In this document: positions 36,209-46,845 of the stretch, in pieces
How positions within the stretch are numbered: position 1 is the first letter of the stretch
How the letters are laid out: each line of letters starts with the position of its first letter
NCBI GenBank assembly: GCA_963822445.1
Contig: CAWGHO010000001.1
Span: forward strand, 32,001-96,000
Reading direction: 5' to 3'
DNA length: 64,000 nucleotides
DNA from: an uncultured Acidobacteriota bacterium
GTDB taxonomy: Bacteria; Acidobacteriota; Thermoanaerobaculia; Gp7-AA8
The notes under the pieces: generated by a model
The model's database searches: none
Told to the model about the DNA's origin: nothing
What the model saw: only the letters and a program-made list of their open reading frames with translations
Made by a program: the position numbers and the translations under genes

Positions 36209-37087
36209 TCACTTTCTGGTGTTGACCCCGAACGTGACGACCTTCCCATCGGGCGAGACCTTGCGCACGCGCGGCAACCACTCGCTCCGATCGTCGGATG
36301 CCGTGTGCAGATACTCGAGCACGTAGAGATCGCGGCCGTGGACGGCGACGGCGGTCGGAGACCAGGGCGCCGGCGCCTTCAACACCGAAGCCAGGCGCCC
36401 CTTGGTGTCGACCCGCAGGACGACGCCGCAACCTGCCGCGGCAACGTAGATCGATCCATCGTGCGCGACAGCAAGGCCGCGAAGGTAAGGCCCGGTCGGC
36501 GCCTCGGTACCCGGAACGACCGAACAGTTCGGCACGACGATATCCGCGATCACCGTCGTGACCCGCCCGCGCGCGTCGACCTTCCGGATCAATCGATCTT
36601 CCGTGTAGTACAGCGAGCCGTCAGGACCGGGAGCGAGTCCGTTCAACCAAGTGATCGTTTCGCCCCCACGCCGAATGGCCGGCAATGTCGCCCGAACGGT
36701 TTTCGCACCGGACGGCTCGATCGCGGTGAGCCGGATGACTCCTCCGCCCGATCCATCGGGGTAGTAGAACTTCCCGTCGCTGCCGATCGTCACCGGAAAA
36801 TCGCTGGAGAGAATGACCGTCGGATTCGCTCCGGCAGAACGAAACTCGCCATTCGGCACGTGCGGCCAGGGCGTGTTCCGGTACCGGCTGGCCGGATCGA
36901 ACGCGAACCAGTGGAAGGCGGGACCCTCGCGGCGCACGACGCGTCCGTCCGGCTCGATGGAGAAGACTCCCCCGCCGGTGTCGACGAAGTAGATGGTGCC
37001 ATTGCTCGACACGGCGATGGCCGCGCCGGGATGGGCGTGGGAAACAGCGGCGGCCAGCAGGGTCAGGAGCAGCAGAGCGGTTCGCAT
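36209..37087 (-). CDS. Exported NHL/beta-propeller repeat protein
   Basis: Signal peptide; repeats GLAPGPDGSLYY, GLAVAHDGSIYV. Confidence 0.8.
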   Translation of the reverse strand: MRTALLLLTLLAAAVSHAHPGAAIAVSSNGTIYFVDTGGGVFSIEPDGRVVRREGPAFHWFAFDPASRYRNTPWPHVPNGEFRSAGANPTVILSSDFPVTIGSDGKFYYPDGSGGGVIRLTAIEPSGAKTVRATLPAIRRGGETITWLNGLAPGPDGSLYYTEDRLIRKVDARGRVTTVIADIVVPNCSVVPGTEAPTGPYLRGLAVAHDGSIYVAAAGCGVVLRVDTKGRLASVLKAPAPWSPTAVAVHGRDLYVLEYLHTASDDRSEWLPRVRKVSPDGKVVTFGVNTRK

Positions 37088-37125
37088 GAATTGAGGATGC
37101 GCGCCGCGGGTCGAGTGTTAACCGG

Positions 37126-39852
37126 CTACTCCTCCAGCATCTTCTGCCAGTTCACGATCACGCTCAGCGGCGGCTTCCCTTCCTTGATCAGACGCAGGGC
37201 CACGATGGTGCCGTTCGCGGCAACGGTGAACCCGGCGATCCGGTCGCCCATGGCTTCGAATGCGCGTGGCAAATCCACCGCGAACAGCGACCCCGCGCGG
37301 ACCGGCGCCCTCATGATGCGATCCTGATGGAGAAACAGAATGGACCGGCCGTCCTCGCTCCAATACGGCGTGCGCCCTCCCTCCGTCGAGACCTGCCACT
37401 TGGCGGTCGCCTCCGGAAAGTTCGTCACGTAAATCTCCGCGCGTCCGCCTTGGTCCGACTCATAAGCCAGCCATCGGCCGTCGGGCGAAACACGGCCGTT
37501 GATCTCGTTGGCTGGCGTCTGCACGACGGGTACGAAAGCGCCGCCGCGAGCCGCGTCGATCACCTCGATGTCGAAGCCCGTCGCGCTCCGCTGCGTGCTC
37601 ACCACGATCTTGCTGCCGTCCCCCGACCAGTCCGTCGCGATGATGTAGTCCGCACCGGCGCTGAGCGTCTGATGCCCTGCGCCGCCGACGGGCTGCGTCC
37701 ACAGCTCCCGCGTCCTTGTGCGGACATTCCGGCTGGAAGCGATGGCGATCCGTTTTCCATCCGGCGCGAAGACCGCTGAATCATCCCCCGCCGCTTCGGC
37801 GGTGAAGGTGATGCGGCTCCAGGTTCCGCTGTCGAAGTCGAACAGCCAGGGATCGGAGTTCCGCGTCGATGCATCGAAGCGGTTGACGATGATGCTCCTG
37901 CCATCCGGTGCCACTCGCGGCGCGTTGTACGTGCCGGCCTCGCGAATCTCGCGCGGACGGTCGCTGCCGGGATCGAGCTTCAGGAAGTGCATCACCGGCG
38001 AGGGCGGACTGCGGAAAACCAGCGTCGAGCCGCCCGCCGCGAACAGGCCCTGGAACCGCGCCCAGTACCAGTCGACATTCCGTCCGATCGGTACAGACTT
38101 CCCCACCACTTCCATCTTGTCGGAGTCGAACCGCTGGGCCATCAGGTTGGGAACGCGCGCGGTGATGAGCCAGTCATCGATGAGGGCGACGTTGGATCCG
38201 TAGTCGAGAACTTTGCGATCGACGTCGCCGTCGAGCGATCCCGCCCTGAGCACGGCCCGGCCGAGGGTGGACCGGTCTCCGCTCGTGTAGAAGAAGCGCT
38301 TCCCGTCAGGAAAAAAGTGAGGATTCCGATAGAGCGGCCTGGTGACGCTGGCCGGTACGTTCACGGCCAGCGACGGCGTGCCGCCCGTATCCGGCACGCG
38401 CATCAGGGGTGCGTAAGTGTTCGGCGTGAAGATGATCACCCCGAGCCGGCTCCAGCTTCCGCCGCGGCCGTTGGGAGCATCGCAGAGCTCTTCGATCGTG
38501 CCGCTGCTGATCGTGACGGCCTTCAGCTTTCCGCCGCCGAAGAAGCCGACCTTGCTGCCGTCAGGCGACCAGAATGGATAGGTCGCTCCTTCCGTGCCGG
38601 GCAGACGGCGCAGTTCATCACCGGCCAGGTCGCGGATGGCCAGGATGCTCTCTCCTTCGTTCGCGCTCGGCAAAGGATTCGCGGACTTCGCCTCGGTCAG
38701 CACCGCCGCGAGATGGAGCCCATCGGGAGAAACAGCCACGGGCGCGTTGACGACGTTGTCCAGAGGAAGGACGATCTCGGTCTTGAGAAGACGCCGCTCG
38801 TTCGCTGCCAGCCGCGCGTTCAACGCAACGCCGGCACCCGCGAGCGCCGCCGTCCACCCGGTCACCGCAAGAGCGATCATCCACCGCTGTCTTCGGCGTC
38901 GTGCGGTAACGACAGGTAGAGCGATGCCGACCTGAGATCCTGCACCAGCGAGCCACCGCAATTCCTGAGCGATGTCCTGTGCGCTTTGCCAGCGCTCGTC
39001 CGGGTCTTTCTCCAGGCACTTCATCACCACGTGCTCGAACGCGGGCGGTGTCAGCGGCTGCAGTTGCGAGATCGGAGTGGGAGTCCGATCGACGATCGCC
39101 GCGATCAGGCTGCTCCTCGACTTCCCCTCGAACGCCGGTTGGCCGGTGATCATCTCGTAGAGCAATGTGCCGAGGGCGAAGATGTCCGTGCGCTCGTCGG
39201 CCTGGAGTCCGTCGAACTGCTCCGGCGCCATGTATTGCAGCGTGCCGAGAATCGTGCCGCGCTCGGTCACTGGACGTTCGAATCGCAGCTCGGTCGGATT
39301 GTGGTGCTCGGCCGGGAGCACGTAGGTCGGGGCAAGCGGTGCTGCAGAACGGGGAACCGGTCGCGAGCCGGGGCTCGATCGGGGCCCTCGTGTCGACTCC
39401 CGCGCCAGGCCGAAATCCAGGAGCTTCGCGTCCCCCTTGCTGAGCATGACGTTGCCCGGCTTCAGATCGCGATGGACGATTCCGGCGCGATGGGCGCGGT
39501 CCAGGGCCCCGGCGATCTGAGCGCCGTACTTCAGAACATCGGCAAGAGGAAGAGGCCCGCGGTTGATGCGCTGCTCGAGCGACTCCCCCTCCAGCAGCTC
39601 CATGACCAGGTAGTCGTCTCCGACATCGTAAAGACGGCAGATGTGCGGGTGCTCCAGTTGCGAGATCGTTCGCGCCTCATGTCCGAAACGCAGCTTGAAC
39701 TGCGCGTCGTTCGCCAGGTCCGCGGGCAGGACCTTGATCGCCACGGACCGGTTGAGGCGGGTGTCGCGAGCTTTCCAGACCTCGCCCATGCCGCCAGCCC
39801 CGATCAGTTCGACGATCTCATACGGGCCGACACGATTTCCGACGGAGAACAT
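37126..39852 (-). CDS. Hanks-type Ser/Thr kinase with TM helix and TolB-like (PD40) propeller
   Basis: GAGGMGEV, VAIK, HRDLKPGN, DFGLA, YMAPE; SPDG repeats. Confidence 0.95.
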   Translation of the reverse strand: MFSVGNRVGPYEIVELIGAGGMGEVWKARDTRLNRSVAIKVLPADLANDAQFKLRFGHEARTISQLEHPHICRLYDVGDDYLVMELLEGESLEQRINRGPLPLADVLKYGAQIAGALDRAHRAGIVHRDLKPGNVMLSKGDAKLLDFGLARESTRGPRSSPGSRPVPRSAAPLAPTYVLPAEHHNPTELRFERPVTERGTILGTLQYMAPEQFDGLQADERTDIFALGTLLYEMITGQPAFEGKSRSSLIAAIVDRTPTPISQLQPLTPPAFEHVVMKCLEKDPDERWQSAQDIAQELRWLAGAGSQVGIALPVVTARRRRQRWMIALAVTGWTAALAGAGVALNARLAANERRLLKTEIVLPLDNVVNAPVAVSPDGLHLAAVLTEAKSANPLPSANEGESILAIRDLAGDELRRLPGTEGATYPFWSPDGSKVGFFGGGKLKAVTISSGTIEELCDAPNGRGGSWSRLGVIIFTPNTYAPLMRVPDTGGTPSLAVNVPASVTRPLYRNPHFFPDGKRFFYTSGDRSTLGRAVLRAGSLDGDVDRKVLDYGSNVALIDDWLITARVPNLMAQRFDSDKMEVVGKSVPIGRNVDWYWARFQGLFAAGGSTLVFRSPPSPVMHFLKLDPGSDRPREIREAGTYNAPRVAPDGRSIIVNRFDASTRNSDPWLFDFDSGTWSRITFTAEAAGDDSAVFAPDGKRIAIASSRNVRTRTRELWTQPVGGAGHQTLSAGADYIIATDWSGDGSKIVVSTQRSATGFDIEVIDAARGGAFVPVVQTPANEINGRVSPDGRWLAYESDQGGRAEIYVTNFPEATAKWQVSTEGGRTPYWSEDGRSILFLHQDRIMRAPVRAGSLFAVDLPRAFEAMGDRIAGFTVAANGTIVALRLIKEGKPPLSVIVNWQKMLEE

Positions 39853-40003
39853 TGATGAGAGACGGGTTCATATCACACGTGCTTCCCGCGAATACCCGTG
39901 CCGGTACGAGTTCCTCACGAACCCGTAACGCGTACGCCATCAATGCCCTGGTGAGGCCCCTATCCTCCCCGCGAGTGCACAGCAGTTCGTTTACGGTCGT
40001 CAT
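39818..40003 (-). CDS. Possible 61-aa small protein divergent from the CorE-like sigma
   Basis: Strong AAAGGAG RBS before ATG 40003; 3 Cys; no recognised motif; overlaps kinase start. Confidence 0.35.
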   Translation of the reverse strand: MTTVNELLCTRGEDRGLTRALMAYALRVREELVPARVFAGSTCDMNPSLINVLRRKSCRPV

Positions 40004-40076
40004 TTCCTGTCTCCTTTCGATGGTGCAGCGCAGCGGCGGCAAAGTCATCTACACCGCGAGTTACCATCAGCATCCG

Positions 40077-40643
40077 ATGAGCGAGACCGAGTCCGTCTCC
40101 CCTGACGTTGCCACGCGCCTCGTCGGCAGTCACCGCCAGTTCCTGGCCTTCCTCGAGCGCCGCCTCGGCGATCGCGCCCTGGCCGAAGACATTCTTCAGG
40201 ACGCGTTCGTGAAGAGCCTGGAGAAGGCGGAGAGCATTCGCGATGACGAGTCGGCGGTGGCTTGGTTTTACCGGCTGTTGCGCAACGCGATCATCGATCA
40301 TCACCGGCGCGCGAGCGTGCGGAACCGTTCGCTGGAAGTGCTGGCCGGCGAGATGAAGGACGCCGTCGAGCCGCCGCCGGAGATTCATGGGGCCATCTGC
40401 GCCTGCGTCGGCGAGCTCGCGGCAAATCTCAAACCGGAGTACGCCGAAGCGATCCGCCGCGTGGAAGTGGAAGGAATGCCCGTGCAGGAATTCGCGGGCG
40501 AGGCAGGCATCACCGCGAACAACGCCGCCGTGCGCGTGTTCCGCGCCCGCGAAGCGCTCCGCAAACAGGTCAAGGCATCCTGCCGCACGTGCGCGGACCA
40601 TGGATGCCTCGACTGCACGTGCGGCAAGTCGTCAACGAAGTGA
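40077..40643 (+). CDS. CorE-like ECF sigma factor with CxC linker and Cys-rich C-terminus
   Basis: AEDILQDAF; WFYRLLRN; ICAC; VRVFRAR; CRTCADHGCLDCTC. Confidence 0.88.
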   Translation: MSETESVSPDVATRLVGSHRQFLAFLERRLGDRALAEDILQDAFVKSLEKAESIRDDESAVAWFYRLLRNAIIDHHRRASVRNRSLEVLAGEMKDAVEPPPEIHGAICACVGELAANLKPEYAEAIRRVEVEGMPVQEFAGEAGITANNAAVRVFRAREALRKQVKASCRTCADHGCLDCTCGKSSTK

Positions 40644-40687
40644 CTCGGATCGACGAGCCTGCTGAAGACGCGATGCATCGCGCGCCA

Positions 40688-41215
40688 TTACACCTGCGGC
40701 CGCGCGCGCTCCTCCCGCTGCTTCCGCCACCCATATCGCGTGAGGCCGCGCGGCTTGTAGATCGACAGGACGGTGTTGACCAGCAGCGCCACCAGGGCAA
40801 AAGCGGCGTCGGCGGCGAGCTGAATCCGAAGCCGGCGCAGATCGCCCGCGGCCAGCGCCCCCGAGGCCGCCACGCCCGCGACATACGTGATCGGGCGCAT
40901 GTGCACGAACAGGATCAGCGTCGAGAGCACGGTGATCAGGAACTTGATCAGGACCCAGTAGTGGCGGAACAGACCCCACGGCGTGACGAGCGATTGAACG
41001 AGACCGGTTGCCAGCGACGCGAGGCACAACGGAAGGATCAGATACCAGGCCGTGAGACCCATGGCGACGTACGCCGAGCGGGCGATCTGCGGATCCTCGC
41101 TTCGCAGGCCGGCGACCGACAGCACGAGAAACGCCGCAACGGCGCCGAGCCAGCCCACCGAAGTCGTGACATGCGCGGTCAGCGCGAGCTTGCGGAGACC
41201 GGGCGCCAGCACCAT
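40688..41215 (-). CDS. DUF2269-like 4-TM membrane protein
   Basis: AHVTTSVGWLG; TPWGLFRHYWVLIK; LSIYKPRGLT. Confidence 0.75.
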   Translation of the reverse strand: MVLAPGLRKLALTAHVTTSVGWLGAVAAFLVLSVAGLRSEDPQIARSAYVAMGLTAWYLILPLCLASLATGLVQSLVTPWGLFRHYWVLIKFLITVLSTLILFVHMRPITYVAGVAASGALAAGDLRRLRIQLAADAAFALVALLVNTVLSIYKPRGLTRYGWRKQREERARPQV

Positions 41216-41367
41216 CACTGCATGTGATTGCGGAACGCGCCGCCGGTGAGATGGAGGATGACGAAGACCAGCACGAACAGCCCGGCCAGGATGGCCAAAA
41301 CGCGCACCCACCGCGGCGCGGCGGGTGGGTGCTCGTCCGGGTCTGGCAGGCGCTTCGAGTCGGGCAT
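41215..41367 (-). CDS. Small single-TM protein
   Basis: PRWVRVLAIL..ILHLTGG; coupled by overlap to both neighbours. Confidence 0.65.
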   Translation of the reverse strand: MPDSKRLPDPDEHPPAAPRWVRVLAILAGLFVLVFVILHLTGGAFRNHMQ

Positions 41368-42359
41368 CACTTCCGGATCGGCACGATCGAGATCGCCGTG
41401 TACGTTCCGTCGGCGTTCTCGGTGCCGATGACCTCGACGCGATCGCCCGGGTTCGCCGCCGGCGAGATCCGCACGCTGAGCGGCCAGTTCACGACGACGT
41501 CTTTGTGGTCGGAGTCCCGCGTGATCACCCATTTCGGCGTCTCGATGGACTTGACGATGCCGGTGAACTTCACCGCCTTCGGTGCCTCGATCGACTTGAT
41601 GATCGAGAGCGCCACGTTGGCGTGCGCGGAATCGACGGTGTAGAGCACCTCGACGCGGTCTCCCGCTTTCGGTTCGCCGAGGATCTTGGTCGATGCGTTG
41701 ACGACAAAGGTGGTGTCGTGATCGCGGACGGTGATCACCCAGGCGTCCGTACCGATCGACTTCACCACGCCGCTCGCGGTCTGGGGCCGTGGCGGAATCG
41801 GCGAAATGAGCGTCACCCGCGAGGCGACGAGCGCTCCGCCCACGACGTTGGCCTCGACGATGACAACCGTATTCGCCTGCAGATTGGCGATCGAGCCCTG
41901 CCGGCCGAAGTTCACGAACGTCGTGTTTGCGTCGACTTTGATGGTGCGGTTGAGCAGAAGGAACTGGCTGCCGGCGGTGTCGACGCTCTGCACGGTGCCG
42001 GTGAAAGTCACATCCGCATGGCGAAGGACCGCGATAGCGGTCGCGACCAGCGGTCCGGTCGTAACGGTTCCGGGGTCGCGCAGCGTGGCGATGATCCGCG
42101 CGCCGGGCTGGATGGCCGAGATCGTCGCCGCGCCGTCGTGATCGAGAATCTTGGCGCTGCTGGCGTCGATCATCACGAGTCCGCCGGCCAGGGTGATGAG
42201 AGTTCCGCTCACCGCGCTCACTTCACCGGTCACGCTCGCGCCGCTGCCGATCCCGCGACTGGCGTCGTCCTGCGGCGGCGGTGCCACCGCGCGATTCTTC
42301 GCGACGACGTTCAGAGCGAGGAGCAGCATGAAGAGCGTGGGGAGGAGTCGTTTGGACAT
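41367..42359 (-). CDS. Exported DUF5666-like repeat protein
   Basis: Signal peptide; four GxVxSI...GDRVEV-type repeats. Confidence 0.8.
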   Translation of the reverse strand: MSKRLLPTLFMLLLALNVVAKNRAVAPPPQDDASRGIGSGASVTGEVSAVSGTLITLAGGLVMIDASSAKILDHDGAATISAIQPGARIIATLRDPGTVTTGPLVATAIAVLRHADVTFTGTVQSVDTAGSQFLLLNRTIKVDANTTFVNFGRQGSIANLQANTVVIVEANVVGGALVASRVTLISPIPPRPQTASGVVKSIGTDAWVITVRDHDTTFVVNASTKILGEPKAGDRVEVLYTVDSAHANVALSIIKSIEAPKAVKFTGIVKSIETPKWVITRDSDHKDVVVNWPLSVRISPAANPGDRVEVIGTENADGTYTAISIVPIRK

Positions 42360-42430
42360 GCGAATAAGTTTACAGCACCAGGGACCATCGACGGCTGCGC
42401 GGGATGTTTCGCAAGAGACGTTCGACGGAG

Positions 42431-43111
42431 TCAGAGGGCTACCCATCGCCGCAGAAGGTTGTGATACACGCCGGTGAGCTGCAGCACCGACGCGTGATCG
42501 GGATGGTCCGCGCCGAGGCGCTGAATCGAAAGATCGAGGTCGAAGAGCAGCGTCCGTTCCCCGTCGTCGCGGACCATGCTCTGAATCCAGAAGAATGACG
42601 AGACGCGTGCGCCTCGCGTTACCGGCCGCACGTGATGGAGGCTGCTGGCCGGATAGAGAATCATGTTTCCCGCGGCGAGCTTCACCGATTGCACGCCGAA
42701 CGTGTCTTCGATCACCAGCTCTCCGCCGTCGTACTCGTCCGGCTCGGACAGGAAGAGCGTCGCGGACAGATCGGTGCGCAGTTGATGGGCCGTCCCGGCG
42801 ACCTGCCGGACCGCGTTGTCCACGTGCGATCCGAAGGATTGGCCGCCGGTGTAGCGGTTGAACAGCGGCGGAAAGACGTGGAGCGGCAGCGCAGCGGAAC
42901 GGAAAAGCGGATTGCGCGCGAGCGCGGCCACGATCGTCTCCCCCACCTGACGCGCGGCCGGATGGCTCTCGGGAACCTGCTCGTTGTCCTTCGCCCGCGC
43001 GGACTGATGCCCGGCCGTGACACGGCCATCGACCCATTGCGCCGCATCGAGCAGAGCCCGGGCCTCGCGTACCTGAGCGGGCGTCAGAACCTCTGGAACC
43101 TGCAGCAGCAT
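42431..43111 (-). CDS. piuC: PKHD-type Fe(II)/2OG hydroxylase (PiuC/YbiX)
   Basis: WVDGRVTAG; PPLFNRY; HVD; YDGGEL; YHNLLRRW. Confidence 0.95.
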   Translation of the reverse strand: MLLQVPEVLTPAQVREARALLDAAQWVDGRVTAGHQSARAKDNEQVPESHPAARQVGETIVAALARNPLFRSAALPLHVFPPLFNRYTGGQSFGSHVDNAVRQVAGTAHQLRTDLSATLFLSEPDEYDGGELVIEDTFGVQSVKLAAGNMILYPASSLHHVRPVTRGARVSSFFWIQSMVRDDGERTLLFDLDLSIQRLGADHPDHASVLQLTGVYHNLLRRWVAL

Positions 43112-45495
43112 CAGAATCCGAGCTCCGCGTTGATGGAAACGGAGCGGCCCGCGCCGGGGATGTAATGCCCGCCGCCGACGCGATCGACGTAGAGCTCGTC
43201 GGCCAGGTTGTTCACGTTCAGGCGAAGCGTCAGCGCGCGCGAGACATCGTAGGCGGCCATGGCGTTGACCAGCCAGTAGCTCGGCACTTCGGCAGTGTTC
43301 GTGGCGTTCCGGAAAATGGAGTCCATGTACTGCACGCCCGCACCGACGCTGAACCCCGGCCGCAAACGGCCCTCCGTCCAGACGTTGAACGAGTTCTCGG
43401 GCACGAACGCGAGTGCGGCCCCCTGCTCGAGCGCATTGGCCGATGCGGTGAATTCGCTGTCGAGATGCGCGTAGGAAGTGAGGACGGACCAGTGATCGGT
43501 GAGGTTGCCGGTGAAACTGAGCTCGATCCCATCCACCCGCTGTTCCCCATCGAGCACGAATGGCTCCGCGGACGCGCCACGCGTACGCGCGTTCGTCTTC
43601 TCGGTACGGAACACCGCTGCCGTTGCGATCGCGCGGCCGCCGCCGGATTCCCACTTCGCGCCGGCTTCGAGATTGCGGCTCTTCTCCGGTGCGAGGTTCA
43701 CGTTGTTCGCGGAGGTGGGCGTTTCCGAAAGCGCGGCGCCGCCCGCCGACGCTTCAACGGTGGGATTGAATGACGTTGCGTGGCTGACGTACACGCTGGC
43801 GTTCGCGCGCGGCTTGAACACGATTCCCGAGTTCCAGCTCAGCATGCGGTCTTCGCGGCCCAGTCGCGTCCGGACTCCCGTGGTGACGTTCGTCAGCTCG
43901 TAATCGACGTCGACGGAATCCCACCGCAGACCCGCGGTGACCTCCCAGCGCGAGCCGATCTGCAGCGTGTCGAGCGCGTAGATCCCTGCGAGCGAGAGAT
44001 TCGTGTCTTCCGGGTTGCCGTTATTGGCGGGCATCGGGCCGAGCGGGCTCTGACGCGGATCGGGATCCAGGAGATTCGTCTGCGGCTGATTGGTGGTCTG
44101 CGCCTGCCGCCGAATGAAGGTGGTCTCGCGGCCGGCTTCGACGCCGGCAACGAGCGCGTGTTGCACGCCCGCGGTGCGGAAACCACCGGTCACGCTGATC
44201 TGGTTGCTGAGCTGGCCCTGATCCATGAGGCGCTGCTGGAGCTGACGGTTGGGAGGGCGCGGCGCGGTGATCGCGGAGTCGCGGTGATTGTCGGCCCACC
44301 GCGAAACGTTGCGGAGCGTCCATCCTTCGCGAAGATCGCGCTCGAACGTCGCGGTGGCGACATCGCTCTGGACGTTCTCGTAGTCGTATCCGTCGAGACC
44401 GTAGAAGTTCGTCTGGTCCGCCTGCGGGTTGGCCTCGAACGCCGCCCACGGCAGACCGTAGTCGGGAACGTTGTCCTGGGCCAGATGCTGATACGCGAGC
44501 GTGAAGCGGGACGGCTTGCCGATGCCGAGGGACAGCGACGGGGCGATCCCCCAGCTGCTGTTGTGAACCACATCGCGGCCGGGCACGTCGGACGAGGTGT
44601 ACATCGCCGCCACGCGCACGGCAGCGCTCGGGATCGATTGGAGGGGCGCGTTGGAATCGACGGTCATCCGCGAAAAACCGGCAGAGCCCGCACCGAACGT
44701 TGCCCGCGTGAAGGAGTCCGGCTTCGGCGTCTTGGTGACGAGGTTGATCGCGCCGCCCGTGCCGCCGCGTCCCGCGATCGCTCCGGAAGGACCTTTCACC
44801 ACTTCGACCTGCTCGAGGTTGAACGCGTCGCGCGTGTACATGCCCGGCTCGCGCACGCCGTCGAGAAGAATGTCGTTGCCCGCGGCAAAGCCGCGCATGC
44901 TGAACTGATCGCCCGGCGCGACGCCGCCCTCCCCTGCCTGAAAGGTGATGCCCGGCGTGTTGCGGAGGACATCGCGCAAAGTCGTTGCGCCCTGCGCGAG
45001 AAAAACCTCATCGGGAATCACAGCGACCGTGCGCGGGGTGTCGAGCAGCGGTTGGGTGAACTTCGGCGACGCGATCTCGGGCGCCGTCGCGGAGACGTCG
45101 ATCGTGTCGCTCATCACCTGTATGGTGAGGACAGCCGTACGCCGGCCGGTGAAGCGATGGCTGATGCCGCTCTCTGAAAGCAACTGCGTGAGAGCTTCGG
45201 CATCGGACATGAGACCAGTGACGCCGGGACTGCGGAGCGCGTCGAGCACGACACGATCGAACTCGACCCGCACGGTCGCACCGCTGGCAGCCTCGAACGC
45301 ACGAAGAGCCTCGGCGACAGAGGCCGCCGCGATGTCGAACCGCCGGAGCGGTAGTTGCGCTGTCGATCGGGAGCCGCCCGAATCGGCGGTGCCGGTCGTG
45401 GCTTGCGCAAGCGCGAGCCGGGTGCCGAATGCCGTGCACGCGACCATCGCGCCCGCGGCCATCCTGCGAAGTTTTTTCGATCTGCGTCCACTCAT
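43111..45495 (-). CDS. TonB-dependent siderophore receptor (Fiu/PiuA-like) with N-terminal STN domain
   Basis: Plug LRNTPGI, EVVKGP; barrel ending NLADELY..ELGF. Confidence 0.93.
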   Translation of the reverse strand: MSGRRSKKLRRMAAGAMVACTAFGTRLALAQATTGTADSGGSRSTAQLPLRRFDIAAASVAEALRAFEAASGATVRVEFDRVVLDALRSPGVTGLMSDAEALTQLLSESGISHRFTGRRTAVLTIQVMSDTIDVSATAPEIASPKFTQPLLDTPRTVAVIPDEVFLAQGATTLRDVLRNTPGITFQAGEGGVAPGDQFSMRGFAAGNDILLDGVREPGMYTRDAFNLEQVEVVKGPSGAIAGRGGTGGAINLVTKTPKPDSFTRATFGAGSAGFSRMTVDSNAPLQSIPSAAVRVAAMYTSSDVPGRDVVHNSSWGIAPSLSLGIGKPSRFTLAYQHLAQDNVPDYGLPWAAFEANPQADQTNFYGLDGYDYENVQSDVATATFERDLREGWTLRNVSRWADNHRDSAITAPRPPNRQLQQRLMDQGQLSNQISVTGGFRTAGVQHALVAGVEAGRETTFIRRQAQTTNQPQTNLLDPDPRQSPLGPMPANNGNPEDTNLSLAGIYALDTLQIGSRWEVTAGLRWDSVDVDYELTNVTTGVRTRLGREDRMLSWNSGIVFKPRANASVYVSHATSFNPTVEASAGGAALSETPTSANNVNLAPEKSRNLEAGAKWESGGGRAIATAAVFRTEKTNARTRGASAEPFVLDGEQRVDGIELSFTGNLTDHWSVLTSYAHLDSEFTASANALEQGAALAFVPENSFNVWTEGRLRPGFSVGAGVQYMDSIFRNATNTAEVPSYWLVNAMAAYDVSRALTLRLNVNNLADELYVDRVGGGHYIPGAGRSVSINAELGF

Positions 45496-46661
45496 GCGTT
45501 GCTTTCCTCTTCCAGAAGTTGTGGCGATGGCGCGGATGCGCCGCGTAGTAAGCGAGCAAAACGGCGAAAAGCGAGGGCGAGCCCGGTGTAAGCGAGAACG
45601 ACGACGGCGGCCGAGGCGAGCATGGCCACGAACTGGCCGGGGATGCCTCCCGCCTCGCCGGTGTGAATCCAGCGCAGCCAGGAGCGCGCCTTCTGTCCGG
45701 CTTCCTGCGCGGCGTAGGTCTTGTGCTCGATAAGGCTGGCGGTTTTCGGGTCGATCAGGAGTTGGGAACGCTTGTCCGGCCGCCCGCCGTTGCCCTCATC
45801 GACGGCGAAGGTGACAGGTCCTTTTTGCGAAAGCGGCAGGCGGATGGAGAGCGATTGCCACCGGGGCGCGACTCGCGTGGACTCTGAACGCGCCGCGGTC
45901 GAAAGGCGATCGAGCAGAGCCAGATCGAGCGTTCCACCCGAACGTTCGTTCGCCGGCTGCTGCTGTTTCGGGGGCGTGCTGCCGAGAGCGCGATAGACGA
46001 ATCGCGAGGCCCACGGGTACGAGATCACGACGGCGGAGAACACGATCGCGACGAGCGGCAGGAAGGCCCAGATGCCGAGGACGTGGTGCCAGTTGAAATC
46101 GCGGGCCCGGCCCTGAAGACCGCGTCGGAAGAACATCGCGTTGCGAAATCCCGTGCGGCTACGGCGGCGCGGAATCCAGATCACCAGGCCGGAGAGGACG
46201 ATGAAGAGGAATGCGAGGTTCGCCGCGCCGGTGATGGCCTTGCCGCGCTCGCGCGCCTCCCCTTTCATCGCCAGCCAGCGATGCAGGCTCTTGTTCGCCT
46301 CGAAGAAGCCGCGGACGCGCTTCGCGCCTTCGCCGAGCACGGCGCCCGTGTACGGGTTCATGAAGATCGTCCGTTCGCGGCCGAAGGCAACGGTCACTGG
46401 CGCGAACCGGTCGGCGCGGACGATGACATTGGACGGCTTGGCATCAGGAGCTGCGGCGGACGCCGCGTCGATGATGCGTGAGAGCGGCAGCGGCGGGCGC
46501 TCCGCGTCGGCCTCCGTGGCGCGGAGATCGCGCTCGGCGAAGGCGATGACCTGCCGCTCGAAGGCGAGCAGCACGCCGGTCGCGGACATGACCACGATGA
46601 CGAGGCCGGCCGTGACGCCGAAAGTCAGATGGAGCCAGAAAAGGGTCTTGCGAAGGGCCAT
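45492..46661 (-). CDS. PepSY-associated TM helix protein (PiuB-like)
   Basis: FWLHL; NPYTG; LHRWL; WHHVLG; WIHTGE. Confidence 0.92.
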   Translation of the reverse strand: MALRKTLFWLHLTFGVTAGLVIVVMSATGVLLAFERQVIAFAERDLRATEADAERPPLPLSRIIDAASAAAPDAKPSNVIVRADRFAPVTVAFGRERTIFMNPYTGAVLGEGAKRVRGFFEANKSLHRWLAMKGEARERGKAITGAANLAFLFIVLSGLVIWIPRRRSRTGFRNAMFFRRGLQGRARDFNWHHVLGIWAFLPLVAIVFSAVVISYPWASRFVYRALGSTPPKQQQPANERSGGTLDLALLDRLSTAARSESTRVAPRWQSLSIRLPLSQKGPVTFAVDEGNGGRPDKRSQLLIDPKTASLIEHKTYAAQEAGQKARSWLRWIHTGEAGGIPGQFVAMLASAAVVVLAYTGLALAFRRFARLLRGASAPSPQLLEEESNA

Positions 46662-46687
46662 GGGTCGAGTCGTTCTCAGCGCGCATC

Positions 46688-46708
46688 AATTGAGACTGAG
46701 TCTCAGTT
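46688..46708. promoter_or_regulatory. Fur-box-like operator
   Basis: Perfect 7-1-7 palindrome TGAGACT-G-AGTCTCA about 30 nt upstream of the iron-uptake operon. Confidence 0.75.
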
Positions 46709-46845
46709 GCGAACCGAGAAAGTAATCGTCTCAACGGCATTCGTCAAGACCGATCGGGCCGCTGGCGCCACGCCGGCGCGTTCACCGCATGACCACGCGC
46801 GGCGACGGAACCGCTGCCACTACCTGACAGCGGTCCGTCGTCTGG

